The notes under the pieces are model-generated. The model was not told the origin of the DNA. It did not search any database and worked only from the letters and a program-made list of their open reading frames with translations. From the NCBI GenBank assembly GCA_000146465.1, contig CP001948.1: DNA of 64,000 bases, one strand, 5' to 3'. Position 1 is the first letter of the stretch, and every line of letters begins with the position of its first letter. Shown one piece after another: positions 21,014 to 29,620 of this stretch. The position numbers and the translations under genes were made by a program.

Positions 21014-21086
21014 ACCCTGTTAGCTCAATAGGTAGAGTGTTGGACTTTTAATCCAACGGTTACGGGTTCGAGTCCCGTGCAGGGTG
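21014..21086 (+). tRNA. tRNA-Lys (anticodon TTT)
   Basis: Cloverleaf with acceptor ACCCTGT/GCAGGGT, D-arm GCTC-AATAGGTA-GAGT, anticodon stem TTGGA/TCCAA with loop CTTTTAA, and T-arm ACGGG-TTCGAGT-CCCGT. Confidence 0.8.
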
Positions 21087-21136
21087 TTCTTTTGCTCTTC
21101 AAAACATTTTTCGAAATAGAAAACATCTTTAATCTC

Positions 21137-21796
21137 CTACCGCAACAGGTATTTACAGTACTCGGCCAGCTCGACCATTTCCCTGCACCTCACTCCAAAA
21201 GCATCTTCCAGCTCATTCAGTCTCTTGCTCAAGTAGGAAACCTTTCTTTTCTCCTCTTCGTACATCCCCTTAGCCTCTTCAACTTGCCCAACCAAAAACT
21301 CTATTCTTTCATTGTTTGCCTTCCGGAGAGACTCCATTTTGTCTTCACTTGCAAACAAATCCCTCTTCAACGCTTGAATGTAACTTTTCAGCCTGTATTC
21401 ATTAGACTTTAACCTTTCTATCTCCTCATTCATGATGGTACTCTCCAAAAGAATCTTCTCCTTTTCGTTTCTTTCCAACGCATACGTAAGAGTTGCGTCG
21501 TAGTTCCTCAGCATTCTATTGCATTCCTCTTCTTTTTTTTTAAGATCCTCTATCATTGTCCTGCTGGAGGCAAGTTCGGAACAGGTCTTCTCATAGTCAG
21601 ACCTCTTCAGAACAATGGTTTCGTTGTCGGGATTGGTAGTCCTTCTGCAGCCCTCTGTCTTTTCATTCATATCTATTGAACTTAGAGGAACTGTGGATTC
21701 TTCAGCAGGAGCATGGGTACTTGAGGAGATGCTCATGACCAGGGAGCTCAGATTTGCAATGGAGTCTGAAAGATACTTCACAAACTTCGATCCCAT
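21137..21796 (-). CDS. Coiled-coil protein, hypothetical
   Basis: ORF-track 21832 is TTG, and the first ATG at 21796 gives MGSKFVKYLSD.... Heptad-rich and E/K/L-rich. Confidence 0.4.
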   Translation of the reverse strand: MGSKFVKYLSDSIANLSSLVMSISSSTHAPAEESTVPLSSIDMNEKTEGCRRTTNPDNETIVLKRSDYEKTCSELASSRTMIEDLKKKEEECNRMLRNYDATLTYALERNEKEKILLESTIMNEEIERLKSNEYRLKSYIQALKRDLFASEDKMESLRKANNERIEFLVGQVEEAKGMYEEEKRKVSYLSKRLNELEDAFGVRCREMVELAEYCKYLLR

Positions 21797-21847
21797 GTGA
21801 TGGGCCTTGGCAACAGTCCCTATTAAATCCAAATGTCCAAAAGAAAA

Positions 21848-21965
21848 AGTTACAGCACCCGGGATTCCCGAGTGGTCTCCCGCCTCAGTACTATCCGGGC
21901 TCGCACAGGCTTAACTGCGGAGATCTGACGAGTTCCGGTGCTTTTCCGTGGATATGGCCGTAACT
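21848..21965 (-). rRNA. 5S ribosomal RNA
   Basis: The reverse complement reads AGTTACGGCCATATCCACGGAAAAGCACCGGAACTCGTCAGATCTCCGCAGTTAAGCCTGTGCGAGCCCGGATAGTACTGAGGCGGGAGACCACTCGGGAATCCCGGGTGCTGTAACT, followed by a T-run. This matches the 5S consensus (CGGCCATACC...GATCTGCGAAGTTAAGC...GTACT.G..GGGAGACC.C.GGGAATaCCGGGTGCTGTA). Helix I closes AGTTAC/GTAACT. Confidence 0.85.
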
Positions 21966-22099
21966 GTCCCAAATCCTAATCAGAGTTAAATACTCTACTC
22001 CACAATCCTCATAGACACTCCACCGGCCAACACTACAAAATCCATCTCTATTCTTAGCAAATTTAATATAGTAGAATAGAATAAGCCCACTTGCCCATT

Positions 22100-25000
22100 C
22101 TATATCTTTTCCTCGGAATCCACAGCTTTACTTTTCCCTATCTTTTTTCCCCCAAGCATCCCACCTATCAGAGGCTGCACAACAAATATCACAACAGTAG
22201 TCAATAATACAGAGATCAAAACTAATCCTACTTCAAACCCATTTGTCTCTACAAACTTGTATTTACTCAGCCACCAGGACGTCCATCTTGGAAATAGATA
22301 CACCGTCATCAGGAGACCCATGGTCACTAGAAGGGAAAGACAGGTAAAGCTTTTGAATAGTAAGTTGTCTCTTAACTCTTGTCTATGTGGAGAACAGTCG
22401 CTCAGATACAACCCGTTGAGGATATAGATAAATGTCATGGCAAAAAACACTAGCTCGGATGCAATGGACTGGTCGTTCATGACAGGGCTAGACTCCCCGT
22501 ATCGGGACAAGACCAGAAGGGTTAAGCTTTCAAATGCTATGGTCAGCCAGAACGGGATGAAATCCTTCTTTGATAAAGGAAATATATCCGGGCGCCTTGG
22601 ATACAGTTTATCGGATGTGTTAAAACATGTCAGCATGTATGCAACAGGGACCGAGACAAACAGCTCTGTGTGCATTGTCTGCAAATCACTCAGAAAGTTT
22701 CTCTTGAAGAGAAGAAAAAGAAGCCCTACATAACCGATCACACAGGAAGAGACAACATATTTGAATGTGGCAGTCGACGTCACAAACGCCGAGCGTCCCT
22801 CCTTTATCAGGTCCAGGACAGATCCTATGTCGGAGGAAGTGAAATTCGCTGCCAGGCTGGCTTCGTTCTGTGCTAGAGCCAGGCCGACATTAGCACTGCT
22901 AAGAGCTCCGCTATCGTTTGCTCCATCTCCACAAAACATTGTGATCTTTCCAATGGCCCTCAGATTCTCTATCAGGGCCTTCTTTTGTCCAGGGTTGAAG
23001 CGTGCAAATATAGCTCCTTTCTCAAGAATAAACTGAAAGTAGTGAGTGTTTCGGAAGAAGTCAAACTCCCTTCCTTCGCATGCAACAACAAACTCGTTGT
23101 TGGATACCCTGTCGTTTCCCCTGTAAAGACTCAACCTCACCTTATCGAAAGTAAATTCCTCCTCATCTCCAACACAAAGCCAGTCGACATCAAAAATGGA
23201 TTTTGCATTCTCCTCAATAACAGGAAATATCACCGGAACAAATCCTTCAACAATCTTACACTCTTTGCCCACCGATATGGCTGTTAGTATGTTGTCCCCT
23301 GTGCACATGATACTTCTAATGCCTGCCTCATTAAGCTCCTCAATAGTTCTTCTGGAATTCTCCTTGAGCTTGTTTGAAAACACTATGAGAGCAAGAAACA
23401 TCATCTCAGACTCATCTGTAGCTCTATCAATGCTTTTGCTTATTTCTTTGTATGCCAATGATATCACCCTGTATCCAGCCAAGGAATACCCCTTAACTTT
23501 CTCTTCATATTCCTTTGGGCTGCTCTTCAGAATCTTCTGGATCGACTCTGGAGATCCTTTTGTAAATACATACCTCTTACTTCCATCGTCTACCACTACA
23601 CTCATTCTTCTAATGTTCGAATCAAACTCGTAAGTCTTCATAATCACCGCATTGATCTTGTCTCCTTTTACTTCTTCAGTACAATTGTTTAAGCCATATC
23701 TGTTGACCTCGTCAGTATCAAGGACTACCGAGGAAAAGTCCTTGTCTTCTTCATAAGTGTTTGTGTCTCCAACAGCAAACTTGCTCCCATAGATCCGATC
23801 TTTCTGATAATACACCATTTCTTCACTGTCGTTGTACTCCTTCAGAATGGGCCCGTAAATCTTACTATCCCCTCCAATAACTACACTCCGTGTGTTCTCA
23901 TTCTGAACAAGTTTTGATGAAGAAAAAATAAACATCTTCAAGTCAAGAGTATCTCCAGAATACCTTCCATCCAACTCATACACTAGATGGCATGTGCTTA
24001 GCCCAATTCTGGTCAGGATGCTAACTTTCTCAACATCATCTACGGCCTCCTCGAGATCGTCGATGCAAAGAAGATCAAGACCCTCGCACGTCAGCGTTCC
24101 TGTCTTGTCAAAAACTGCTGTGTCCACTCTTCCGGCAAGATGAATCTTACTCAGATTGTTGCAGTAGATGTTCTTCTTGATCAGCTTTCTGTAGCATAGC
24201 TGAGCCCCAAGCTTCAGGTACGTTGGAAGAGCAGGATTTGCTAGTGTGAAAAACAGATCAAGATTATATACAAGATTCATGGTCTTGTTGAAGCCCATAA
24301 TGTTGAGCATATAGGCTATACCAATAGAAATAATAATTGCAATCCCGGTTATGCTGAAGATTATCATTTCTGCCTCTCTTATAAATCGGTTTCGAGTAGG
24401 TCTTGAGTCAAGCATATTCTTTAGAATTTGCCCCCGTGCTGTCTGGAAACCCGTTCTAAGTACCATTCCAATAGCAAAATTCTCTGGGATGTTTATAGAC
24501 CCAACCTCCCCAGAGAGCCGAGGTTTATTCTTACCCGTAAGACTTCTAACCCTACAAAGATTTTCATTTCTCAAGCTGTTGAATATCGGCATTGTGTTGA
24601 TACTCTTCAAAACATCTGTTCCCGAGTATACTGTGGAAAGCTGCTCGGCATTCTTGTATATTGGAACCGCCTCTCCCGTAAGGAGACACTCATTCGTTAT
24701 AGCATCCCCAAGAATCACAAGAGCATCACAAGGAAATTCCTTGCACGGCTCAATATACATTATATTTCCAGGATATATTTCTCGGCTGTCTACTTCCATA
24801 AATTTCCCTCCTCGAAGTATTCGGACCATTCTCTTCTTCATAAGCTTTTTCATATTGATCGAATGTAGAATCTCTTCCCAGTTTGTAAACACAAACGAAT
24901 AGACCATAAGCACCCCCATCACCAATGCATAGCTGGTGTATTCAATGAACTTCCATACAAATAGGCATGTCACATTTGACAGAAATGTAATACTGAGTAT

Positions 25001-25525
25001 ATTCTTCAGAATTATGTTTGAAACACTGGGGATAGGGAGGTTTGTGATGTTCTTCCCATAGAATATGTTTCTTTGTACGCCCTCTATCCTTTCGGTCTCC
25101 AGAGACTTTGAAACCTCTGTCCTGTAGAACTCTTCAAAATCCCCTGAAGGATGCTTCTGCTCTGGAGGAACAACAAATTTCCCTAAAACAACGTCATATA
25201 TAAACCGGAAAAACTGAGAGTCTATCACACGAGCCTTTCCCCCCAATGTATATCTCCTAAGCGAGGGAATTCCGGCCGTATCGTAAAAAAGAACATCAAC
25301 AAATTCTTCTTTTCCATTCTGTGATGTTATTATGGCGCAATCTGCATCCAAAAGGCTGCAAGGAGAGCTAAGAAGAAAATGCTTGACCCGGGGTAGATAC
25401 CTACACAACATGTAGAGCCCTCCCAAAGTCAGCATGCAAAGAATGTTGTAAAGACGCACAGACATTCTTCTTCTTCTTCCCTCAATACTTATAAACGGCC
25501 TTTCCTGCTTAATTCCCACAAACAT
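22100..25525 (-). CDS. P5-type cation-transporting P-type ATPase (Spf1/Ypk9-like)
   Basis: DKTGTLT phosphorylation motif (VFDKTGTLTCEGL), TGDN (MCTGDNILTA), GDGANDSGAL, an M4 NPALPT motif (P5-like PP(A/E)LP), about 10 TM segments, and 1141 aa. Confidence 0.8.
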   Translation of the reverse strand: MFVGIKQERPFISIEGRRRRMSVRLYNILCMLTLGGLYMLCRYLPRVKHFLLSSPCSLLDADCAIITSQNGKEEFVDVLFYDTAGIPSLRRYTLGGKARVIDSQFFRFIYDVVLGKFVVPPEQKHPSGDFEEFYRTEVSKSLETERIEGVQRNIFYGKNITNLPIPSVSNIILKNILSITFLSNVTCLFVWKFIEYTSYALVMGVLMVYSFVFTNWEEILHSINMKKLMKKRMVRILRGGKFMEVDSREIYPGNIMYIEPCKEFPCDALVILGDAITNECLLTGEAVPIYKNAEQLSTVYSGTDVLKSINTMPIFNSLRNENLCRVRSLTGKNKPRLSGEVGSINIPENFAIGMVLRTGFQTARGQILKNMLDSRPTRNRFIREAEMIIFSITGIAIIISIGIAYMLNIMGFNKTMNLVYNLDLFFTLANPALPTYLKLGAQLCYRKLIKKNIYCNNLSKIHLAGRVDTAVFDKTGTLTCEGLDLLCIDDLEEAVDDVEKVSILTRIGLSTCHLVYELDGRYSGDTLDLKMFIFSSSKLVQNENTRSVVIGGDSKIYGPILKEYNDSEEMVYYQKDRIYGSKFAVGDTNTYEEDKDFSSVVLDTDEVNRYGLNNCTEEVKGDKINAVIMKTYEFDSNIRRMSVVVDDGSKRYVFTKGSPESIQKILKSSPKEYEEKVKGYSLAGYRVISLAYKEISKSIDRATDESEMMFLALIVFSNKLKENSRRTIEELNEAGIRSIMCTGDNILTAISVGKECKIVEGFVPVIFPVIEENAKSIFDVDWLCVGDEEEFTFDKVRLSLYRGNDRVSNNEFVVACEGREFDFFRNTHYFQFILEKGAIFARFNPGQKKALIENLRAIGKITMFCGDGANDSGALSSANVGLALAQNEASLAANFTSSDIGSVLDLIKEGRSAFVTSTATFKYVVSSCVIGYVGLLFLLFKRNFLSDLQTMHTELFVSVPVAYMLTCFNTSDKLYPRRPDIFPLSKKDFIPFWLTIAFESLTLLVLSRYGESSPVMNDQSIASELVFFAMTFIYILNGLYLSDCSPHRQELRDNLLFKSFTCLSLLVTMGLLMTVYLFPRWTSWWLSKYKFVETNGFEVGLVLISVLLTTVVIFVVQPLIGGMLGGKKIGKSKAVDSEEKI

Positions 25526-25806
25526 TCAGGGGCTTGCCCACCAGGCCGATTTTAGAATGATTATCTCCGGAACATTAAGGAGATTTCCAAAATCGTTATG
25601 TTCAATACCATTTATTGTGGAAAATTAAAATAACTACGCCAGTCTCAATGCACTGCCTGCAAAGGAGACATTCAAAGCACCCCTCGGAGCAAAATCGTCA
25701 TCTCCATAAATTAATGAAGCACTCGATTCTTTTTTGTATGAATAAAAGTATTAACTGTTAATTGGGTAATGAATAAATAAAATTCAATTAAAAAATCCAA
25801 AGTAGG

Positions 25807-26610
25807 ATGACTGATGTAGATAGAACAACTAACATTTTTGATTTCACTGATGCCGTGCATAACATACTTAAACAGAGAGAAAAGCTGTTTGGAACTAGCA
25901 AAGTCCTTTTATTTGTGCTTTTTTCCTGCTCTTCAATCATGATATTTCAAGGAGAAAGCTATAGAAACTTCTGCTTGTCAATAATAGTTGGGTTATGCAT
26001 GATAGCTTCCGACTCAAGAGTGCATGAAAGACTTCTAGGAATGAGCTCCGAGTATGGAGGGGTGCGTGGAGCAATAGGTAGCTTTCTAGGGAAGATTTTT
26101 CTCAACAAACTATTATTTTGCATTCTATGTTTTTTGGTTGCATTAACGATCAACATGTCTATGATTCCAATTACTTGGATGCTTGCAGCCTCTGTAGGAA
26201 TCTCCTTGCTTAAGAAGATCTTCACAGAGGACTTAGAAATAACAAACATGAGCAATATTCTTTTCCATTTGGGATTTTTGGCATTACTTGTCTTTTCCCT
26301 CAACAATCTCAAGAAATCCAAAATAGTCATATATTCAGTTTTCTTTAGCTTCTTTGGATCGACGATTCTATGGATTACTCTCGAGGCGATTCTGAATGAA
26401 AACCTTGGGTTCAGCCGTGCGTGTAATGTGTTTTTCCGTGGGGAGTTTATGGACTTCATCGGAATATCGCAGCTGTATCCTTTTTTACTCTTGATGGCCA
26501 TTGGAGTTTTTACCCAAGTAAGAATCAATACTTTAGTCTTTGCATACGGAAAAAAGCGGTTTGCCTCGATTATTGTTAAGCGAAGTGAAAATAAAGTGAT
26601 AGAAGTCTGA
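25807..26610 (+). CDS. Hypothetical polytopic membrane protein
   Basis: ATG confirmed. There are 6 to 7 hydrophobic segments. No family match. Confidence 0.45.
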   Translation: MTDVDRTTNIFDFTDAVHNILKQREKLFGTSKVLLFVLFSCSSIMIFQGESYRNFCLSIIVGLCMIASDSRVHERLLGMSSEYGGVRGAIGSFLGKIFLNKLLFCILCFLVALTINMSMIPITWMLAASVGISLLKKIFTEDLEITNMSNILFHLGFLALLVFSLNNLKKSKIVIYSVFFSFFGSTILWITLEAILNENLGFSRACNVFFRGEFMDFIGISQLYPFLLLMAIGVFTQVRINTLVFAYGKKRFASIIVKRSENKVIEV

Positions 26611-26709
26611 GTTTTATTGGGCTTATGGATGTTAGTATTCTTGGGTATTTCTAGAAGTAGGGAAGTATTTAGTTAAACAATGGTTGGGCACCTATGGGAG
26701 GGCTTATGA

Positions 26710-26781
26710 GGGGAGTTAGCTCAGCGGTAGAGCGCTTGCTTAGCATGCAAGAGGTCATGGGTTCAATCCCCATACTCTCCA
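26710..26781 (+). tRNA. tRNA-Ala (anticodon AGC)
   Basis: GGGGAGTTAGCTCAGCGGTAGAGCGCTTGCTTAGCATGCAAGAGGTCATGGGTTCAATCCCCATACTCTCCA. It has the diagnostic G3:U70 wobble pair of tRNA-Ala, anticodon loop TTAGCAT, and discriminator A. Confidence 0.9.
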
Positions 26782-26904
26782 TTTTGCATCGACTAACTTC
26801 CATTGGGACTAAGTATATTATGGCCAAAGTCAATCTGAAACCATCAAGATCCTCTTGAAACACAGCTGCATTTAGAAGATTGCAGAGTAAACAAAAAGCC
26901 AATA

Positions 26905-29442
26905 ATGAGAATAAATCTGCTGGCGATGTTTATGATGCCCGCAAGCAATAGAAGGGTTTTTTACGTCAACTTAAAGGATGTTAAGTCGGGTGAGGATTTG
27001 CTGAGTCAGTTGTTTGAAAAAGCCCATCATCTTCCCGACGGGTCAAGCGAGTTGCTTGAAAAAGAAGACGGCTCTTCAACGCATTTGTCCAACCTAGCAC
27101 AAGAGGTACAGGCAAAGGAAGGGGCATCTGGGTCTACAGCCTCTTCTGGACAGAAGGCACCGGCACAGCAATCGGAAAGTGGTAAGAGTGCACAAAAGAA
27201 GCAGCAGAGTGGAGGCCAGGAAAGTAAGGCACAAGGGAGCGCTAAAAAGGAAGAACAGAAGCAGCAGAAGGAGGACAAGCAACAGAAGCAACAAAAGAAA
27301 GAGGAACAGAAGCAGCAGAAGGAAGAGAAGCAAAAGCAACAGAAACAGCAGAAGGAGGAGAAGCAAAAGCAGCAGAAGGATGATAAGCAGAAGGAGCAGA
27401 AGCAGCAAAAGAAGGAGGAACAGAAGCAGCAGAAGGAAGAGAAACAAAAGCAAAAAGAAGCGGGGAACCAGAAGGAAGAAAAGCAAAAACAAAAGGAACA
27501 GAAAAAGTCTGAAAAGGAAGATGGTAAGAAGGAAACAAAAAAAGCAGATAAAGAAAGCAAGGAGACCAAAACTGCCCAAGATAAAGGTTCTAAAGACAAG
27601 ACATCCACCCAGGGAAAGACAAGCACTGATGGTGGGGAAAAAGCCAGTACAGCGAAAGCAGAAGGAAAAAAAGCTTCTGAAAAGGCAACCAGCGTCAAAT
27701 CTTCGGATGCAGAGTCTAAAGGTGCTGAATCTAAAGACAAAGGGAGTGCCTCCAGTGCTCCTTCTTCAAATGCAAGTACCTCTGGAAGTGCTTCAATAGC
27801 TTCATCTTCGGGTAGTTCTTTATCTGGAGCGGCTTCCAGCAATGTCAGCAGTGCAGTGTCTTCAAGATTATCCTCGAGTGCCATCCAATCTTCTAGTGCT
27901 GGATATTCATCTTCAATACCTCTCTTGTCCATCATGTCATCTTCCATGCTATCATCGGCCATATCGTCTTCTGTGCTGTCATCGGCCATGTCATCTTCCA
28001 TGCTATCATCGGCCATATCGTCTTCTGTGCTGTCATCGGCTATGTTGTCTTCTATGTTATCGTCCTCGATGCCGGTGTCTTCCATGTTGTCTAGTGCATC
28101 CCATTCCTCCATAGCTGATGTCTTAAAGAAGGCATCGGAGATAAACAAGGTCAAAAACCTAAGTTCTGTAGATGTCAACGATATGCTGGGGAAGTGCCAA
28201 GAATGTGAAAGGGTTGATCAAGTACTTGTCTATAAGGAAGGAAGTCAGTACAGTGATTATTCTGGAAATATAAATTTCCAGGAAAAAGATGGTAAGTTAG
28301 TTGACAGTTCAGGCTTGTTTGTTGGAAAGGATTGCGGGTGCTCAAAGGAAGAAATACCTCAAATAGGAAAAATAACTGGAACAGGGCTATATCAAGATCA
28401 GAGTGTTAATAGCATGAGCTGCCAGAAACAAGCCAATGCAATTGATAAGTTATATTCTTCTGCCAGCAATATGGCGTTGAACTCCGGAGTATCTGGAAGC
28501 AAAACCGTTTCTGCCGGAGCGTCTCAAGCTGGTGGAGCTGCAAGCGGAGCATCTAAAGCTGCTAGTGCTTCTGCCGGAGTTTCTCAAGCTGGTGGAGCTG
28601 CAAGCGGAGCATCTAAAGCTGCTAGTGCTTCTGCAGGATCCTCACAAGCTGGTGGAGCTGGAGGTGGGGCATCTAAGGCTGCTAGTGCTTCTCAGGCTGG
28701 TAACTCTCAAGGGACTCAAAGCATTCAGCCAAGCTCTTTTCAGAGTGGTGCATCAGGGAATCTTGCACAAGAGACTGGATCCAAACCTCAAATATCATCT
28801 CTTCCTACCCAAAATAATGCCGAGGAAAGCCCTGGAGTTTCGGTAGCTCAATCTATTGAAAGTAGGCCTGAAGATTTCAGCTATATACCTCCTAAGATAT
28901 CTATAAAGGCGGTCAAGGTCAAATACGGGGATACATGTGGGGATAACTCTGGACTCGTTGTTAACACAACACTCACCCAGGAACTCCCTCCGGAAAAAAC
29001 AGTAACATTACCTCCAAAAACAGTTACAAAGACAGAAAAAGTGGAGCTTCCTCCCACTACTATCATAAAGGAGTTAACTATTATTGAACCACCATGCACA
29101 GTGGAAAAAGAGGAGGTAATTGTTCAGGGATCTGAAAACATAGATGAAGAAAGAACTGTTACTCACTCCACTACAGTTGTGGAATATAAAACAGTAAAAG
29201 TTACAGCCACACGAACGATATTGCAAACAACGTCTCCGAGAGACGTAGAGGTTCCGATTTCCACTATTAGCTTTGAAACCATCGATGGTATTAATGGAGA
29301 AAGGCCCCGGGAAGATATTACGACGATTAATACAACTATAGTAGTGGAAGAACCTGAAGATATAGAATGTGAGCAGGAGTGTGAATGCTATGAAGATAAT
29401 TGCGAAAATCCCTGTGATAGGATAAAATGTGTGTCTGGTTGA
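26905..29442 (+). CDS. Secreted-type repeat-rich protein (Lys/Glu/Gln repeats, Ser-rich tract, SQAGGAASGASKAASASAG repeats, Cys-rich C-terminus). Candidate polar-tube/spore-wall-like protein
   Basis: Hydrophobic N-terminus MRINLLAMFMMPAS. K-Q-Q-K-E-E repeats at about aa 100 to 200. A Ser-rich tract with SSMLSSAISSSVLSSAM repeats. Three 20-aa Ala/Gly/Ser repeats. The C-terminal CECYEDNCENPCDRIKC. It shares the motif VLVY..G....DY.G...F....KL.D..G.F.G...........GK.T.TG..Q with the gene at 31313. Confidence 0.6.
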   Translation: MRINLLAMFMMPASNRRVFYVNLKDVKSGEDLLSQLFEKAHHLPDGSSELLEKEDGSSTHLSNLAQEVQAKEGASGSTASSGQKAPAQQSESGKSAQKKQQSGGQESKAQGSAKKEEQKQQKEDKQQKQQKKEEQKQQKEEKQKQQKQQKEEKQKQQKDDKQKEQKQQKKEEQKQQKEEKQKQKEAGNQKEEKQKQKEQKKSEKEDGKKETKKADKESKETKTAQDKGSKDKTSTQGKTSTDGGEKASTAKAEGKKASEKATSVKSSDAESKGAESKDKGSASSAPSSNASTSGSASIASSSGSSLSGAASSNVSSAVSSRLSSSAIQSSSAGYSSSIPLLSIMSSSMLSSAISSSVLSSAMSSSMLSSAISSSVLSSAMLSSMLSSSMPVSSMLSSASHSSIADVLKKASEINKVKNLSSVDVNDMLGKCQECERVDQVLVYKEGSQYSDYSGNINFQEKDGKLVDSSGLFVGKDCGCSKEEIPQIGKITGTGLYQDQSVNSMSCQKQANAIDKLYSSASNMALNSGVSGSKTVSAGASQAGGAASGASKAASASAGVSQAGGAASGASKAASASAGSSQAGGAGGGASKAASASQAGNSQGTQSIQPSSFQSGASGNLAQETGSKPQISSLPTQNNAEESPGVSVAQSIESRPEDFSYIPPKISIKAVKVKYGDTCGDNSGLVVNTTLTQELPPEKTVTLPPKTVTKTEKVELPPTTIIKELTIIEPPCTVEKEEVIVQGSENIDEERTVTHSTTVVEYKTVKVTATRTILQTTSPRDVEVPISTISFETIDGINGERPREDITTINTTIVVEEPEDIECEQECECYEDNCENPCDRIKCVSG
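27240..27520 (+). repeat. Degenerate tandem coding repeats (AAG/CAG/GAA-rich) encoding K-Q-Q-K-E-E units
   Basis: Repeated gaagagaagcaaaagcaacagaaacagcagaaggag-type units are visible in the sequence. Confidence 0.6.
27943..28050 (+). repeat. Two tandem 54-nt direct repeats encoding SSMLSSAISSSVLSSAM
   Basis: tcatcttccatgctatcatcggccatatcgtcttctgtgctgtcatcggccatg occurs twice in tandem. Confidence 0.7.
28507..28690 (+). repeat. Three tandem 60-nt near-perfect direct repeats encoding SQAGGAASGASKAASASAGV
   Basis: tctcaagctggtggagctgcaagcggagcatctaaagctgctagtgcttctgccggagtt appears twice, followed by a third slightly diverged copy. Confidence 0.75.
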
Positions 29443-29620
29443 GTTTTAACTGAATTAAATTAGGATATCTACTTTAGATATTTTGTGATTTTCTTGACAG
29501 GCCTGGAGACTTAGGAAGAAACGGTTACTCAAGTGATTGTAATCTTCAAACACAGTTTTTGATATAAAACAAGTTGAAACATACGGAATATAAAGAAAGC
29601 CAGTATGTATTACAACAAAG

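Noticed and set aside
26669-26902. 77-aa minus-strand ORF overlapping tRNA-Ala, and a 69-aa plus-strand ORF (21754..21963) overlapping the 5S rRNA
   Set aside because: The regions are explained by structural RNA genes. The ORFs are chance open frames.
27027-28178. Long antisense ORFs (383 aa, plus 27094..27579 and 27242..27538) opposite the repeat-rich secreted gene
   Set aside because: The translations are Cys/Phe/Leu homopolymer-like junk (CFCFSSFCCFC..., LLLLLLLL). They are artefacts of the AAG/CAG/GAA repeat composition on the sense strand.
28292-28297. GTAAGT hexamers at 28292 and 31062 that could be intron donors
   Set aside because: Both are in frame within the conserved paralog motif (DGKLVDSSG, ISKSGGKMFVEG). 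No branch or acceptor site follows, and the reading frame is continuous.
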